Positions 7,408 to 15,316 of a stretch of DNA of 29,012 nt are shown here, piece after piece. The first letter of the stretch is position 1. Each line of letters starts with the position of its first letter. Source of the DNA: a virus. Taxonomy: Duplodnaviria > Caudoviricetes. The position numbers were made by a program, and so were the translations under genes. The notes beneath the pieces were generated by a model, which saw only the letters and a list, made by a program, of their open reading frames with translations, ran no database searches and was not told where the DNA came from. The stretch lies in IMG/VR virus record IMGVR_UViG_3300005512_000237, positions 1-29,012 of that record, one strand, 5' to 3'.

Positions 7408-7716
7408 ATGGAACAAGTTGCAGTTATTCACACAGCGTTTGAGGGTTCACCATCAACCGTTGCGTTTGTAAACGTGAAAGAGGATATGACTTTAAGTGAG
7501 AAACTTGAGTATGCATATCGTTGGACACAAAACATCTTTGACAGTTGGTCATTGAAGATGCCAGAAGATGGTAATGATGATGTGACAGTTATAGGTGATA
7601 TCTCTAGTGGATACGGTTTGAGGTCTACTTCAGTTGGTGATCAAATATTGGTTGGTACTGAAAAATATGTAGTCGCTCCAATGGGATTTAAAACACTTGA
7701 TGGAGAACCAATATGA
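7408..7716 (+). CDS. hypothetical early protein
   Basis: start moved to 7408 after SD AGAGG; RSTSVGD motif. Confidence 0.78.
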   Translation: MEQVAVIHTAFEGSPSTVAFVNVKEDMTLSEKLEYAYRWTQNIFDSWSLKMPEDGNDDVTVIGDISSGYGLRSTSVGDQILVGTEKYVVAPMGFKTLDGEPI

Positions 7717-7886
7717 GTAATCTAGTAAACGAACAAGTCAAAGAAGCTATTCTTGATGAAGTGGAATCAATGACTATCAGTCAATTTCAAAATGCAGTAG
7801 ATGCTGCTGGTGTTTCTGGAAACACTATCGTTGATGAGATGGTAGAAAATTTGGTTGAGTATCTTTTTGAACAAAGGAGTGTGTAA
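7713..7886 (+). CDS. small hypothetical protein, 57 aa (not in ORF track)
   Basis: MSNLVNEQVKEAILDEVESM...EQRSV; ATGA and TAATG overlaps with both neighbours; SD GGAG. Confidence 0.8.
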   Translation: MSNLVNEQVKEAILDEVESMTISQFQNAVDAAGVSGNTIVDEMVENLVEYLFEQRSV

Positions 7887-8137
7887 TGGGTAAAGTGAAA
7901 GATATGTTGATGGATGTAGAAGAGTTTGTTTATGACTTCTACGACAAAGAAGGCAATCTTATGAAGTCGCCTGCATTTATTATTGATGCTGCTAAAAAGA
8001 AGTTTGGAATTTCTTTTGGTGAATATGCAGAAGAAGTTTTAGAGGGTGACAATGATATGGAGCCTGATTGGGATTGGAATAAAACCGTATCTCAAAACCT
8101 TGTTGGTTACGAGCTGGATGATGAGATTCCTTATTAG
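7886..8137 (+). CDS. hypothetical acidic protein
   Basis: SD AAGGAG; acidic C-terminus DDEIPY. Confidence 0.8.
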   Translation: MGKVKDMLMDVEEFVYDFYDKEGNLMKSPAFIIDAAKKKFGISFGEYAEEVLEGDNDMEPDWDWNKTVSQNLVGYELDDEIPY

Positions 8138-8270
8138 TATGATGGTAATTTTGTCTTTAGGGGGATGCACTTCAGCAGAGCTCGCTGCTACAATGTATAA
8201 AAAGTGTATCTCCAAAACTTTGGATGATTGTCCTATCAAGCATCCTAGTGAGTGGTGGGTTGGAGTATGA
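8118..8270 (+). CDS. small putative lipoprotein
   Basis: MMRFLISMMVILSLGGC, lipobox LGGC. Confidence 0.6.
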   Translation: MMRFLISMMVILSLGGCTSAELAATMYKKCISKTLDDCPIKHPSEWWVGV

Positions 8271-8878
8271 TAACTAGAACAATTGGAACAATGCTAACTA
8301 TGCTGTCTGTTGGATGTCATCCAGCGTTTGCAGATGTTCCATGTGATTATGATAAGACAGTAGAAACAAATTGGACACAACAAATCGAAAAGACTTCTAA
8401 TGTAGATAGGAAAGTTTTTCCATATGTTGATGACACTCGTAAATGTATTATGACAATGGATGTTACCATTGATGGACAGACTTACCCCACTGAGGGTTCT
8501 TATGTTTTTGGGCCTGACATGAGTGAGAACAATGCTTGTGAACAGGCAACCATTAATGCAAAAAAATCTATTATTGGTGAAGTGTCTCCAGAAATACTTA
8601 CTGCAAAAACAGAAATGAATTGTTCAACTACGGATGTGCAGAAAAGTGTGCAAGTTGTAGAAAATCTGCCGCAGAAAAGTGTAATTCAAGAAGGTATTCC
8701 TGTAGAAACAATAACTGAAACAAAAGTTATTGACAATTCACAAAGTAGTGTAGTATACTTACCAAAGTCTAGTAGAAACATTACTATTGGTGGCATAACA
8801 ATTGGGTTTGACCCATATGCAAGTAAAAGAGGCAAATGTTATGCTAATTGGAAAACTGGTGGAACGGACTGTTATTGA
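8267..8878 (+). CDS. exported Cys-containing protein
   Basis: start 8267 after GGAG; signal-like N-terminus ending AFA; several cysteines. Confidence 0.75.
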   Translation: MITRTIGTMLTMLSVGCHPAFADVPCDYDKTVETNWTQQIEKTSNVDRKVFPYVDDTRKCIMTMDVTIDGQTYPTEGSYVFGPDMSENNACEQATINAKKSIIGEVSPEILTAKTEMNCSTTDVQKSVQVVENLPQKSVIQEGIPVETITETKVIDNSQSSVVYLPKSSRNITIGGITIGFDPYASKRGKCYANWKTGGTDCY

Positions 8879-9018
8879 TGATGAGAATTTTAATAGGAAT
8901 TGTGTTGGGAATTGTTTTAATAACATATTACCCACAAATAGGTTCAGTGTTGACAGATGTATTTGTCGATTCTGGAATGCGTGATGATCTAGTTGATACT
9001 TTAGAAGGGATTAAATAA
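8878..9018 (+). CDS. small membrane protein, 46 aa (not in ORF track)
   Basis: MMRILIGIVLGIVLITYYPQIGS...; TGATG and TAATG overlaps on both sides. Confidence 0.75.
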   Translation: MMRILIGIVLGIVLITYYPQIGSVLTDVFVDSGMRDDLVDTLEGIK

Positions 9019-9677
9019 TGAAAAAGATCGCATTACTTGGAGCTGTTGCACTTCTTAGTGCTTGTAGTTCTAACAAGGTGGTGGAGACTGCAATGACTGT
9101 TCCACCAAATTCAATCGTAGACACTCAAACTTATGTCTATAAAGCAAAGGTAGTAGAAGAACAAATTGAGGTTATGCCTGATTGGTTCAAGAAAATGCCT
9201 GAAAGTGAAACTGCAATCTATTCCACAGGAACAGCAGCAACTACAGATTTACAGTTGTCTATTGATCTTGCGGTATTGAATGCAAAGACAACTCTTGCAG
9301 ACAGAATCAATGGTCGAGTTCGTTCTCAGACCAAGTCTTTTGTTGCAAAGATTGGTAGTGAAGAAATTGGTAGTTCTGTATTATCAGAAGTTGAAAAGGC
9401 AACAAAGAACATCATTGCAGATGTAGATGTTGCTGGTTATAAAGTTTCTGAGACAGAGATTATTTCCAATGGCCCTAAATATCGTGCCTATGTTCTTCTA
9501 GAATATTCTGATAAGGAGGCAAACAAAATCATTTTGAACCGTCTTCGTAAAGATAGAATGCTCTTGTCCAAGATTAAAACAACAAAAGCATTTGAGGAGT
9601 TGGATACTTCTGTAGATGAAATTAAAACATCTGATGCAGAAGAGTCAGAGGCAAATTTGAAAGTTCTTACTCAATGA
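9018..9677 (+). CDS. lipoprotein, LPP20-like
   Basis: MKKIALLGAVALLSAC lipobox; PDWF...YSTGTA...AVLNAKTTLA pattern. Confidence 0.75.
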   Translation: MKKIALLGAVALLSACSSNKVVETAMTVPPNSIVDTQTYVYKAKVVEEQIEVMPDWFKKMPESETAIYSTGTAATTDLQLSIDLAVLNAKTTLADRINGRVRSQTKSFVAKIGSEEIGSSVLSEVEKATKNIIADVDVAGYKVSETEIISNGPKYRAYVLLEYSDKEANKIILNRLRKDRMLLSKIKTTKAFEELDTSVDEIKTSDAEESEANLKVLTQ

Positions 9678-10192
9678 TAGAAGCACTTCTATACTCTTTT
9701 CTTTCTGTGGCATCTCCAACTATTGCAGAAATGCCGCAGGGAGACAGAGATGAATTTCATAGAATGGAATCATACTGTCTCGCAGAGAATGTATATCACG
9801 AGGCACGAAACCAACCTCTTGCTGGACAGATGGCGGTTATATCAGTCACTATAAATCGTGTGAATGATCCTAGATTTCCAGACACTATTTGTGGTGTTGT
9901 AAAAGAGGGGCCGCATCGTCCATCATGGAAAGGAACTGGTGAAATGATTCCAGTTCGCCATCGTTGTCAATTTAGTTGGTATTGTGATGGTAAATCTGAT
10001 AAGATTAGAGATGAAGAAACTTTTGTTGATATTCTTCTATTGACAGAATCCATTGTTTCTGGTAGTATAAAGATACTGGATATTACAGAGGGTGCAACAC
10101 ATTATCATGCAGACTATGTAAGTCCAGCTTGGGCAGAAACAAAAACCAAGACTATTGAAATTGAAGATCACATATTTTACAGGTGGGATTGA
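9674..10192 (+). CDS. cell wall hydrolase, SleB/Hydrolase_2 family
   Basis: CLAENVYHEARNQ, NRV.DPRFPDTICGVV, CQFSWYCDG, GATHYHADYV.P.W, HIFY. Confidence 0.92.
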   Translation: MIEALLYSFLSVASPTIAEMPQGDRDEFHRMESYCLAENVYHEARNQPLAGQMAVISVTINRVNDPRFPDTICGVVKEGPHRPSWKGTGEMIPVRHRCQFSWYCDGKSDKIRDEETFVDILLLTESIVSGSIKILDITEGATHYHADYVSPAWAETKTKTIEIEDHIFYRWD

Positions 10193-10755
10193 TGAATATA
10201 TTTTATCTAAACAATGACCCTAAGACTTGTGCTCAAATGCACAATGACAGTCATTGCAGTAAAATGATTATTGAGTATGCTCAGTTGATGTCTACTGCAC
10301 ATCGTGTATTGGACGGAACTGAGTATTACGGTCAAACTAAAAACGGACGTAAAATTAAACGATGGTTACATCCCGATCCTGTTATGGAAACAACTCTTTA
10401 CAAGGCTTCTCATGTAAAACATCCTAGTGGTATTTGGACACGAAAATCAAAACAGAATTATATTTGGTTGTATAATATGTGGACAGAGTTGAATAGAGAG
10501 TTTATGTATCGTTACAACAAGAATGTACCACATGAGAGTTTTCGTAAACTGGAAGGTGTCCTATCCGAAACACCACATCAAATGTATGAACTAGGTTTTT
10601 GTGAACCATTTCCAGCAATGCCTGATGATGTGAAATACGAATCTTCAATAAAATCGTATCACGAATACTATATAAAGTATAAACAGCATCTTGCAAAATG
10701 GACTAAAAGAGGAGCGCCGTATTGGTATGGACAATCTGAATTACGAGTTGCCTGA
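10192..10755 (+). CDS. pyrimidine-dimer DNA glycosylase / endonuclease V-like protein
   Basis: MNIFYL..DP..CAQMH.D.H..KMIIEYAQLMSTAH, HPS..W, PAMPD family motifs. Confidence 0.7.
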   Translation: MNIFYLNNDPKTCAQMHNDSHCSKMIIEYAQLMSTAHRVLDGTEYYGQTKNGRKIKRWLHPDPVMETTLYKASHVKHPSGIWTRKSKQNYIWLYNMWTELNREFMYRYNKNVPHESFRKLEGVLSETPHQMYELGFCEPFPAMPDDVKYESSIKSYHEYYIKYKQHLAKWTKRGAPYWYGQSELRVA

Positions 10756-10912
10756 ACTGAGGGCAAAAATTGGACAGTTACAACAAGAAAATAAAACTCT
10801 TAAACAAGATATGAAGGAATTAACAGAAGCCTATTATGGTGTCCTAAATAGATTAAAGGAGCTAACAGCAGAAGATAAAACTGGTAGACCTCATCAAAAC
10901 ATTATGGAATAG
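10727..10912 (+). CDS. small coiled-coil protein
   Basis: start moved to ATG 10727; heptad pattern. Confidence 0.6.
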   Translation: MDNLNYELPELRAKIGQLQQENKTLKQDMKELTEAYYGVLNRLKELTAEDKTGRPHQNIME

Positions 10913-10915
10913 ATT

Positions 10916-11227
10916 ATGCCAACATTTAAATTTAGAAACACCGAAACAGGTGAAGAGTGGGATGAATTCTTCACATCAAATACAGCAAAATACGAAGCAC
11001 TAGAAAAGAACCCACACATTCAACAAGTTCCAACTACATTCGGAATTGTTTCAACAACAGGAACACTTGATGGAAGAACAGACGATGGTTGGAAAGAGGT
11101 ATTATCCAAAGCAGCTGAAGCACATCCAGACAGTCCACTTGCAGATAGATATGGTAAGCGAACTGCAAAACAAATTAAAACAGCAGAGGTTGTAAATAAA
11201 CATCGTTCAAGATGGAGAAATGACTAA
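10916..11227 (+). CDS. conserved hypothetical protein preceding phoH
   Basis: MPTFKFRNTETGE...NPHIQQ...DGWKEVL; typical position in aquatic T4-like phages. Confidence 0.75.
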   Translation: MPTFKFRNTETGEEWDEFFTSNTAKYEALEKNPHIQQVPTTFGIVSTTGTLDGRTDDGWKEVLSKAAEAHPDSPLADRYGKRTAKQIKTAEVVNKHRSRWRND

Positions 11228-11937
11228 TGGCGAAAGCAAAAGATATTAGAATTGACCAAATGGTATCAGTTAGTGCAGTAACAGATAACCAAAAGAAAGC
11301 GTTCCAAGATTATAAAGCAAACAAGAACCTTTTCTTGTATGGTGCTGCTGGAACTGGTAAAACCTTTATTACTCTTTATCTCGCATTACAAGAAGTATTG
11401 AGAAACGAAACAAAGTATGATTGTGTCTACATTGTTCGTAGTGCAGTTCCAACTCGTGAGATTGGGTTCTTGCCAGGCGATGAGGAAGATAAGACAGCAC
11501 TATTCCAAGTTCCTTATCAGAACATGGTAAAGTTTATGTTTGAACAACCAAACGAACAAGCGTTTAATATTCTATATGACAGACTAAAGAATCAAGGCTC
11601 GTTGATGTTTCTTACAACTTCATTCTTGCGTGGTATTACACTTGACAACGCAATCATCATTGTAGATGAGGCACAGAATCTAAACTTCCATGAACTCGAC
11701 ACAATCATTACTCGTGTTGGTATGGATTCAAAGATTATGTTCTGTGGTGACTTCTTTCAATCAGATTTGCAGAAGAATGTAGAAAGAGAGGGCATCAAAC
11801 ACTTTATGAAAATTCTAAGAGGTATGCAATCATTCTCTACAATCGAATTTACACTAGGTGATATTGTTCGTTCTGGTATGGTGAAGGAATACCTTATCAG
11901 TAAAATTAAAACAGAAGGGAATACAGATAATGGGTAA
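11227..11937 (+). CDS. phoH: PhoH family ATPase
   Basis: GAAGTGKT, IGFLPGD, FLRGITL, IIVDEAQN, TRVG, GD..QSD, DIVRSG. Confidence 0.95.
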   Translation: MAKAKDIRIDQMVSVSAVTDNQKKAFQDYKANKNLFLYGAAGTGKTFITLYLALQEVLRNETKYDCVYIVRSAVPTREIGFLPGDEEDKTALFQVPYQNMVKFMFEQPNEQAFNILYDRLKNQGSLMFLTTSFLRGITLDNAIIIVDEAQNLNFHELDTIITRVGMDSKIMFCGDFFQSDLQKNVEREGIKHFMKILRGMQSFSTIEFTLGDIVRSGMVKEYLISKIKTEGNTDNG

Positions 11938-12181
11938 AAAGAAACAAAGAGCCCATCAAGTTTCAAAGGGTGAAAGAGACAGTGTTGCTCGTTCTACTGT
12001 AAAGGCAATGCGTAGAGAATATATGCAGAGTAGTGCTAGGTTAGACAACCAACTTGCTGCATTTCTTAGGGGTAAGAATGTTATGTTGACTGTTCCCAAC
12101 CCAAATAAAAACGAAACGAATAAAAGGTTCATTCGTGTTCCAGCAAGAGAAGTTTGGAGAGGTTCTCCAAAAAAGTCTTGA
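11930..12181 (+). CDS. small basic hypothetical protein
   Basis: 83-aa ORF, NPNKNETNKRFI motif. Confidence 0.75.
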   Translation: MGKKKQRAHQVSKGERDSVARSTVKAMRREYMQSSARLDNQLAAFLRGKNVMLTVPNPNKNETNKRFIRVPAREVWRGSPKKS

Positions 12182-12206
12182 CTTTACCTAGTAAATTGAA
12201 TATAAT
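12178..12206 (+). promoter_or_regulatory. sigma70-type promoter
   Basis: TTGACT 12178-12183, 17 nt, TATAAT 12201-12206. Confidence 0.85.
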
Positions 12207-12231
12207 ATGTTAAAAATGCGAGGATTAAATT

Positions 12232-12945
12232 ATGTTTATACACAACCATGTAGATATTCCAGAAGTATCTACTAAGACAGTAAATCGTAAGCGTTTCTAT
12301 GTGACGCCTACAGGCCTGTATCCATCCATTACAACCGTATTGGGTGTTCGTAAAGCAAAACAAAAGGGATTGCAAGAGTGGCGTGAAAGAGTTGGTAACG
12401 ATGTTGCCAATCATATCATGCGAACTGCGGCCTCTCGTGGAACTGCTGTTCACCATATGTGTGAAGATTTTCTAAACAATGTTGAAGTAACAAAAGAAGG
12501 AAGAGATTTCTTGCCTTGGTGTTTGTTCTCACAACTAAAACCAACACTTCAAAGTCGCATAAATAATATATACGCTCAAGAATGTGGACTATGGAGTGAG
12601 AAATATCGTGTTGCTGGTCGTGTAGACTGTATTGCAGAATATAACGGTATTCCATCTATTATCGACTTCAAGACTTCTCGTTCTGAAAGACAAGATGATT
12701 ATAATCTTGAGTATTACATTCAAGCCTCTGCATATGCAGAGATGTTTGAAGAACGGACAGGAATCGAAATCAATCAGATTGTGATTCTTGTTGTAACAGA
12801 AGATGGAGCCGTTCAAGAGTTCATCAAAGAGAAGCATGATTACTTGCCTCTTCTTGTAGAAACCATTGATGACTTCACCTCACAATGGGAAAAAGAAAAT
12901 GAAGAAACTAATGATGACAGTAGCGTTGCTACTGCTACCGCTTAG
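12232..12945 (+). CDS. PD-(D/E)XK exonuclease
   Basis: YPSITTVL, RGTAVH, AGRVDCIAEY, IIDFKTS, Q..AYA motifs. Confidence 0.88.
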   Translation: MFIHNHVDIPEVSTKTVNRKRFYVTPTGLYPSITTVLGVRKAKQKGLQEWRERVGNDVANHIMRTAASRGTAVHHMCEDFLNNVEVTKEGRDFLPWCLFSQLKPTLQSRINNIYAQECGLWSEKYRVAGRVDCIAEYNGIPSIIDFKTSRSERQDDYNLEYYIQASAYAEMFEERTGIEINQIVILVVTEDGAVQEFIKEKHDYLPLLVETIDDFTSQWEKENEETNDDSSVATATA

Positions 12946-13273
12946 TGGATTTGCTCAAGATCTTTCACAGGAACTTCCAGAACAACAAAAACCACCACTA
13001 ACATATTGGGCATCAAAACCAATTCAATGTTCGACACCAGAAGAGATTGTTGAACTAATGAAAAAATATGGAGAAACACCAGCAATTGTTTTTGAGGGTT
13101 CTACTGCACTACCAAACGGAGTTCAATCTCCATCAAGATTTGTTGTTGCAATGAATCCAAAAACAGAAACATGGACATTGTTAGAATTTACAGGGCCAAC
13201 CCAAGCTTGTATTTTAGGTGCTGGAACTGGAAAAGTTTCATTGGGGGGAAAGAAAACTGAAATTGCTACTTGA
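12899..13273 (+). CDS. exported hypothetical protein
   Basis: start 12899 MKKLMMTVALLLLPLSGFA signal peptide; two Cys. Confidence 0.75.
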   Translation: MKKLMMTVALLLLPLSGFAQDLSQELPEQQKPPLTYWASKPIQCSTPEEIVELMKKYGETPAIVFEGSTALPNGVQSPSRFVVAMNPKTETWTLLEFTGPTQACILGAGTGKVSLGGKKTEIAT

Positions 13274-13300
13274 CATTCAAATGTCACTGTGGTATAAATA
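13270..13300 (+). promoter_or_regulatory. composite sigma70 / T4 late promoter with a palindrome over the -35
   Basis: TTGACA 13270-13275, 17 nt, TATAAATA 13293-13300; TGACATT-CA-AATGTCA 13271-13286. Confidence 0.75.
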
Positions 13301-13314
13301 AGAATAACCTACCA

Positions 13315-13363
13315 CGTTCATCCTCAGTAGAGGACGGAAGTATGCATAATGCAGAAGGAACGC
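13315..13363 (+). ncRNA. glnA-type (glutamine-I) riboswitch aptamer
   Basis: P1 CGTTC/GAACG, P2 TCCTC/GAGGA, conserved CGGAAGTA, P3 TGCA/TGCA, GAAG E-loop strand. Confidence 0.8.
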
Positions 13364-13388
13364 ACTCAACTGTAAAAAGGAGAGTGGT

Positions 13389-13478
13389 ATGGAACTTTGG
13401 CAGATGTGGACGTATCGAAGATTGATACAAGACCACAAACGCAATAAACTTCTTAAACTACTGTGGTTGCGAAGATAG
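13389..13478 (+). CDS. 29-aa basic Trp-rich peptide downstream of the riboswitch (not in ORF track)
   Basis: MELWQMWTYRRLIQDHKRNKLLKLLWLRR; strong SD AAGGAG. Confidence 0.65.
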   Translation: MELWQMWTYRRLIQDHKRNKLLKLLWLRR

Positions 13479-13562
13479 TTTATTGAAGGGTGATGCCTTA
13501 ATACATCCGTGTGGATCAACGGTTAGTCCACAACACACAACACAGACACAAAGGAGAAAATT

Positions 13563-13802
13563 ATGTCTAATAGTAAAAATCCGTTTGAACTACGGTTCGA
13601 CACATTGGCTCTCGCCAAAGATATGCTTGATCGTCAGTATGACACAGCACAAACACAAATGTTTGAAATGCTAGAACAAGCAAAAACTCAACAAAAAGAC
13701 CTCTTAGAAGTTTTTGAGAAGTATACACCAAAAATGTATACTCCAGAAGAAATTGCAAAGCAGGCTGAAGAACTTTATAAGTTCATCACTAAGAAAGACT
13801 AA
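13563..13802 (+). CDS. hypothetical protein
   Basis: 79 aa, SD AAGGAG; NPFELR...A.ELYKFI. Confidence 0.82.
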   Translation: MSNSKNPFELRFDTLALAKDMLDRQYDTAQTQMFEMLEQAKTQQKDLLEVFEKYTPKMYTPEEIAKQAEELYKFITKKD

Positions 13803-13841
13803 ATTGCAACACTCGTTTATTTGAGTGCTCTGCTTTATAAA

Positions 13842-13875
13842 GATAGAGGGTGGGGCGCCCTGCCCTCTATCACTT
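13842..13875 (+). terminator. GC-rich hairpin, possible terminator or RNA stabiliser
   Basis: GATAGAGGGTGGG / CCTGCCCTCTATC with two G-U pairs; only a short T tract follows. Confidence 0.5.
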
Positions 13876-13892
13876 TAACTAAAGGAAATATT

Positions 13893-14126
13893 ATGAATCT
13901 AGAAGAACTAGCTGTGATGACCCCAAAGAAGTTTGCTATAAAAATTGAAGAAATCGTATCTAAAGGTGGTATTACTTACATGGATGCAATCTTAGATTAT
14001 TGTGCAAAAAATCAAATGGAGCCTGATGCAATCGCTCCTCTCATCTCAAAACCTCTCAAAGAAAAATTAGAAGCAGATGCAAGAGAATTAAACTTCTTGC
14101 CTAGAGTAGCAACCTTACCAATCTAA
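13893..14126 (+). CDS. gp33: late transcription coactivator gp33
   Basis: F...IE.IV....YMDAILDYC...LISKPLKEKLEADARELNFL; directly upstream of gp59; start moved to 13893 after AAGGA. Confidence 0.88.
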   Translation: MNLEELAVMTPKKFAIKIEEIVSKGGITYMDAILDYCAKNQMEPDAIAPLISKPLKEKLEADARELNFLPRVATLPI

Positions 14127-14136
14127 GGAGTTTCCA

Positions 14137-14718
14137 ATGGAAGCGTGGGAAGCTTATCAGATGTATCTTGGTCTAAAATTACACTTTACAACAGACTATG
14201 ATTATTATCAATACAAGGGTAGAACCTCTGCATCTAAAGCATCTTTTTTAAAGAGAAAGGACAGAAGTTTCTTTGCTCGTGTAGCAAGAAAGTATAATGA
14301 GTCTACACAAGATTACTTTGTTAGTAATTTTGTGTGTTCCCCTAAAGGTTGGTTGGGTGACTTTAACGAAACCAACTACAACAACTGGAAGAAAAATAAA
14401 CAAGCACTGACATATAATTTTATCACAGATATGTCATATTTATTTTCACAAATATCACATTTTGATGATATTTTCTCTTTACAAACAGGACAACATCCTG
14501 TATTATTAAAGAACTTCCTCGCTAAGAGAGTAAGTATAGAAACGATGGTAATCCTACAGGGGTTGCTGAATTATGTTCAACAGTGGGATAAGGAACTTAA
14601 AGATGATTTAGTATGGCCGGATAAAAGACGATTGATAGTAAAATACGCCGCATTTCTCAACTATGACAAAGAGAAATGCAAAGATCAACTTCTCAAACTG
14701 ATTAAGGAGACTTTCTGA
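14137..14718 (+). CDS. gp59: helicase loader gp59
   Basis: Y.MYLGLKLHF..DYDY..Y.G, F.KRKDR.FF, SIET. Confidence 0.9.
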   Translation: MEAWEAYQMYLGLKLHFTTDYDYYQYKGRTSASKASFLKRKDRSFFARVARKYNESTQDYFVSNFVCSPKGWLGDFNETNYNNWKKNKQALTYNFITDMSYLFSQISHFDDIFSLQTGQHPVLLKNFLAKRVSIETMVILQGLLNYVQQWDKELKDDLVWPDKRRLIVKYAAFLNYDKEKCKDQLLKLIKETF

Positions 14719-14906
14719 TGTCACAGGAAGAACTAATTCGGGAACGAGACTTCTATCGTGCAAAACTTGAAGAAGCAAATACACGAGTGAAGACCCTAGA
14801 GTTTGATAACGCAGAACTACAGAAGCGTGATGTCGAACTCTCAAAACGAGTATCAGAACTCGCAAACAAGGGTTACTATCGTCCTAAACCTCGTAGGTTT
14901 AATTAA
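14718..14906 (+). CDS. small coiled-coil protein
   Basis: TGATG coupling to gp59, SD AAGGAG. Confidence 0.75.
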   Translation: MSQEELIRERDFYRAKLEEANTRVKTLEFDNAELQKRDVELSKRVSELANKGYYRPKPRRFN

Positions 14907-14912
14907 GACGAT

Positions 14913-14997
14913 GCGCCTGTGGTGGAATTGGTAGACACGCTAGATTTAGGTTCTAGTGCCGAGAGGCGTGGGGGTTCAAGTCCCTTTAGGCGCACCA
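14913..14997 (+). tRNA. tRNA-Leu (TAG)
   Basis: GCGCCTG/TAGGCGC acceptor, CTAGA-TTTAGGT-TCTAG anticodon arm, long variable arm, CCA. Confidence 0.95.
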
Positions 14998-15102
14998 CTT
15001 CAAGGGTTCTGTTCCCCTTGCAAAATAACTGAACAGATGGTGTCACAGGAGTGGGCCATCCTAGACATGATGTGAAACTGTCTACTTTTAAAAGGTTATA
15101 AC

Positions 15103-15303
15103 ATGAAATACAAACAAATGTCACAGAATAGTTGGATAGTCGAAGTTCAAGAGAACGGTAAAACAAAAGAACTATTCATAGAGTTCCCGCCAGGTTGCAT
15201 AGATCAAGTTGGTTGGGATACAGGTGATACAATACTATGGGAAGAACTACCAACAGGTGGTTATTCATTGAAAAAGAAAGAGGATGATAGTGACGGAGAA
15301 TAA
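15103..15303 (+). CDS. AbrB/MazE/SpoVT-like small DNA-binding protein
   Basis: LFIEFP...IDQVGWDTGDTILW swapped-hairpin pattern. Confidence 0.6.
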   Translation: MKYKQMSQNSWIVEVQENGKTKELFIEFPPGCIDQVGWDTGDTILWEELPTGGYSLKKKEDDSDGE

Positions 15304-15316
15304 GGAAATAAATAAA

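Noticed and set aside
12232-12945. Exonuclease as a Cas4 / CRISPR component
   Set aside because: No repeat-spacer array or other cas genes seen; it sits at the usual post-phoH position of T4-like phage exonucleases.
13480-13560. SAM-II / SAM-V riboswitch
   Set aside because: The conserved SAM-binding core sequences were not recognisable; kept only as an unassigned structured leader.
13277-13674. Track ORFs 13277-13519 (-) and 13483-13674 (+)
   Set aside because: No SD; the region is better explained by the riboswitch, the 29-aa ORF and the 13563 gene.
15025-15090. Hammerhead ribozyme
   Set aside because: CTGA and GAAA words occur but not in the CUGANGA / GAAA / NUH three-stem arrangement.
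14903-15166. Minus-strand ORF over tRNA-Leu (likewise 4268-4501 over tRNA-Thr)
   Set aside because: Antisense translation of tRNA genes.
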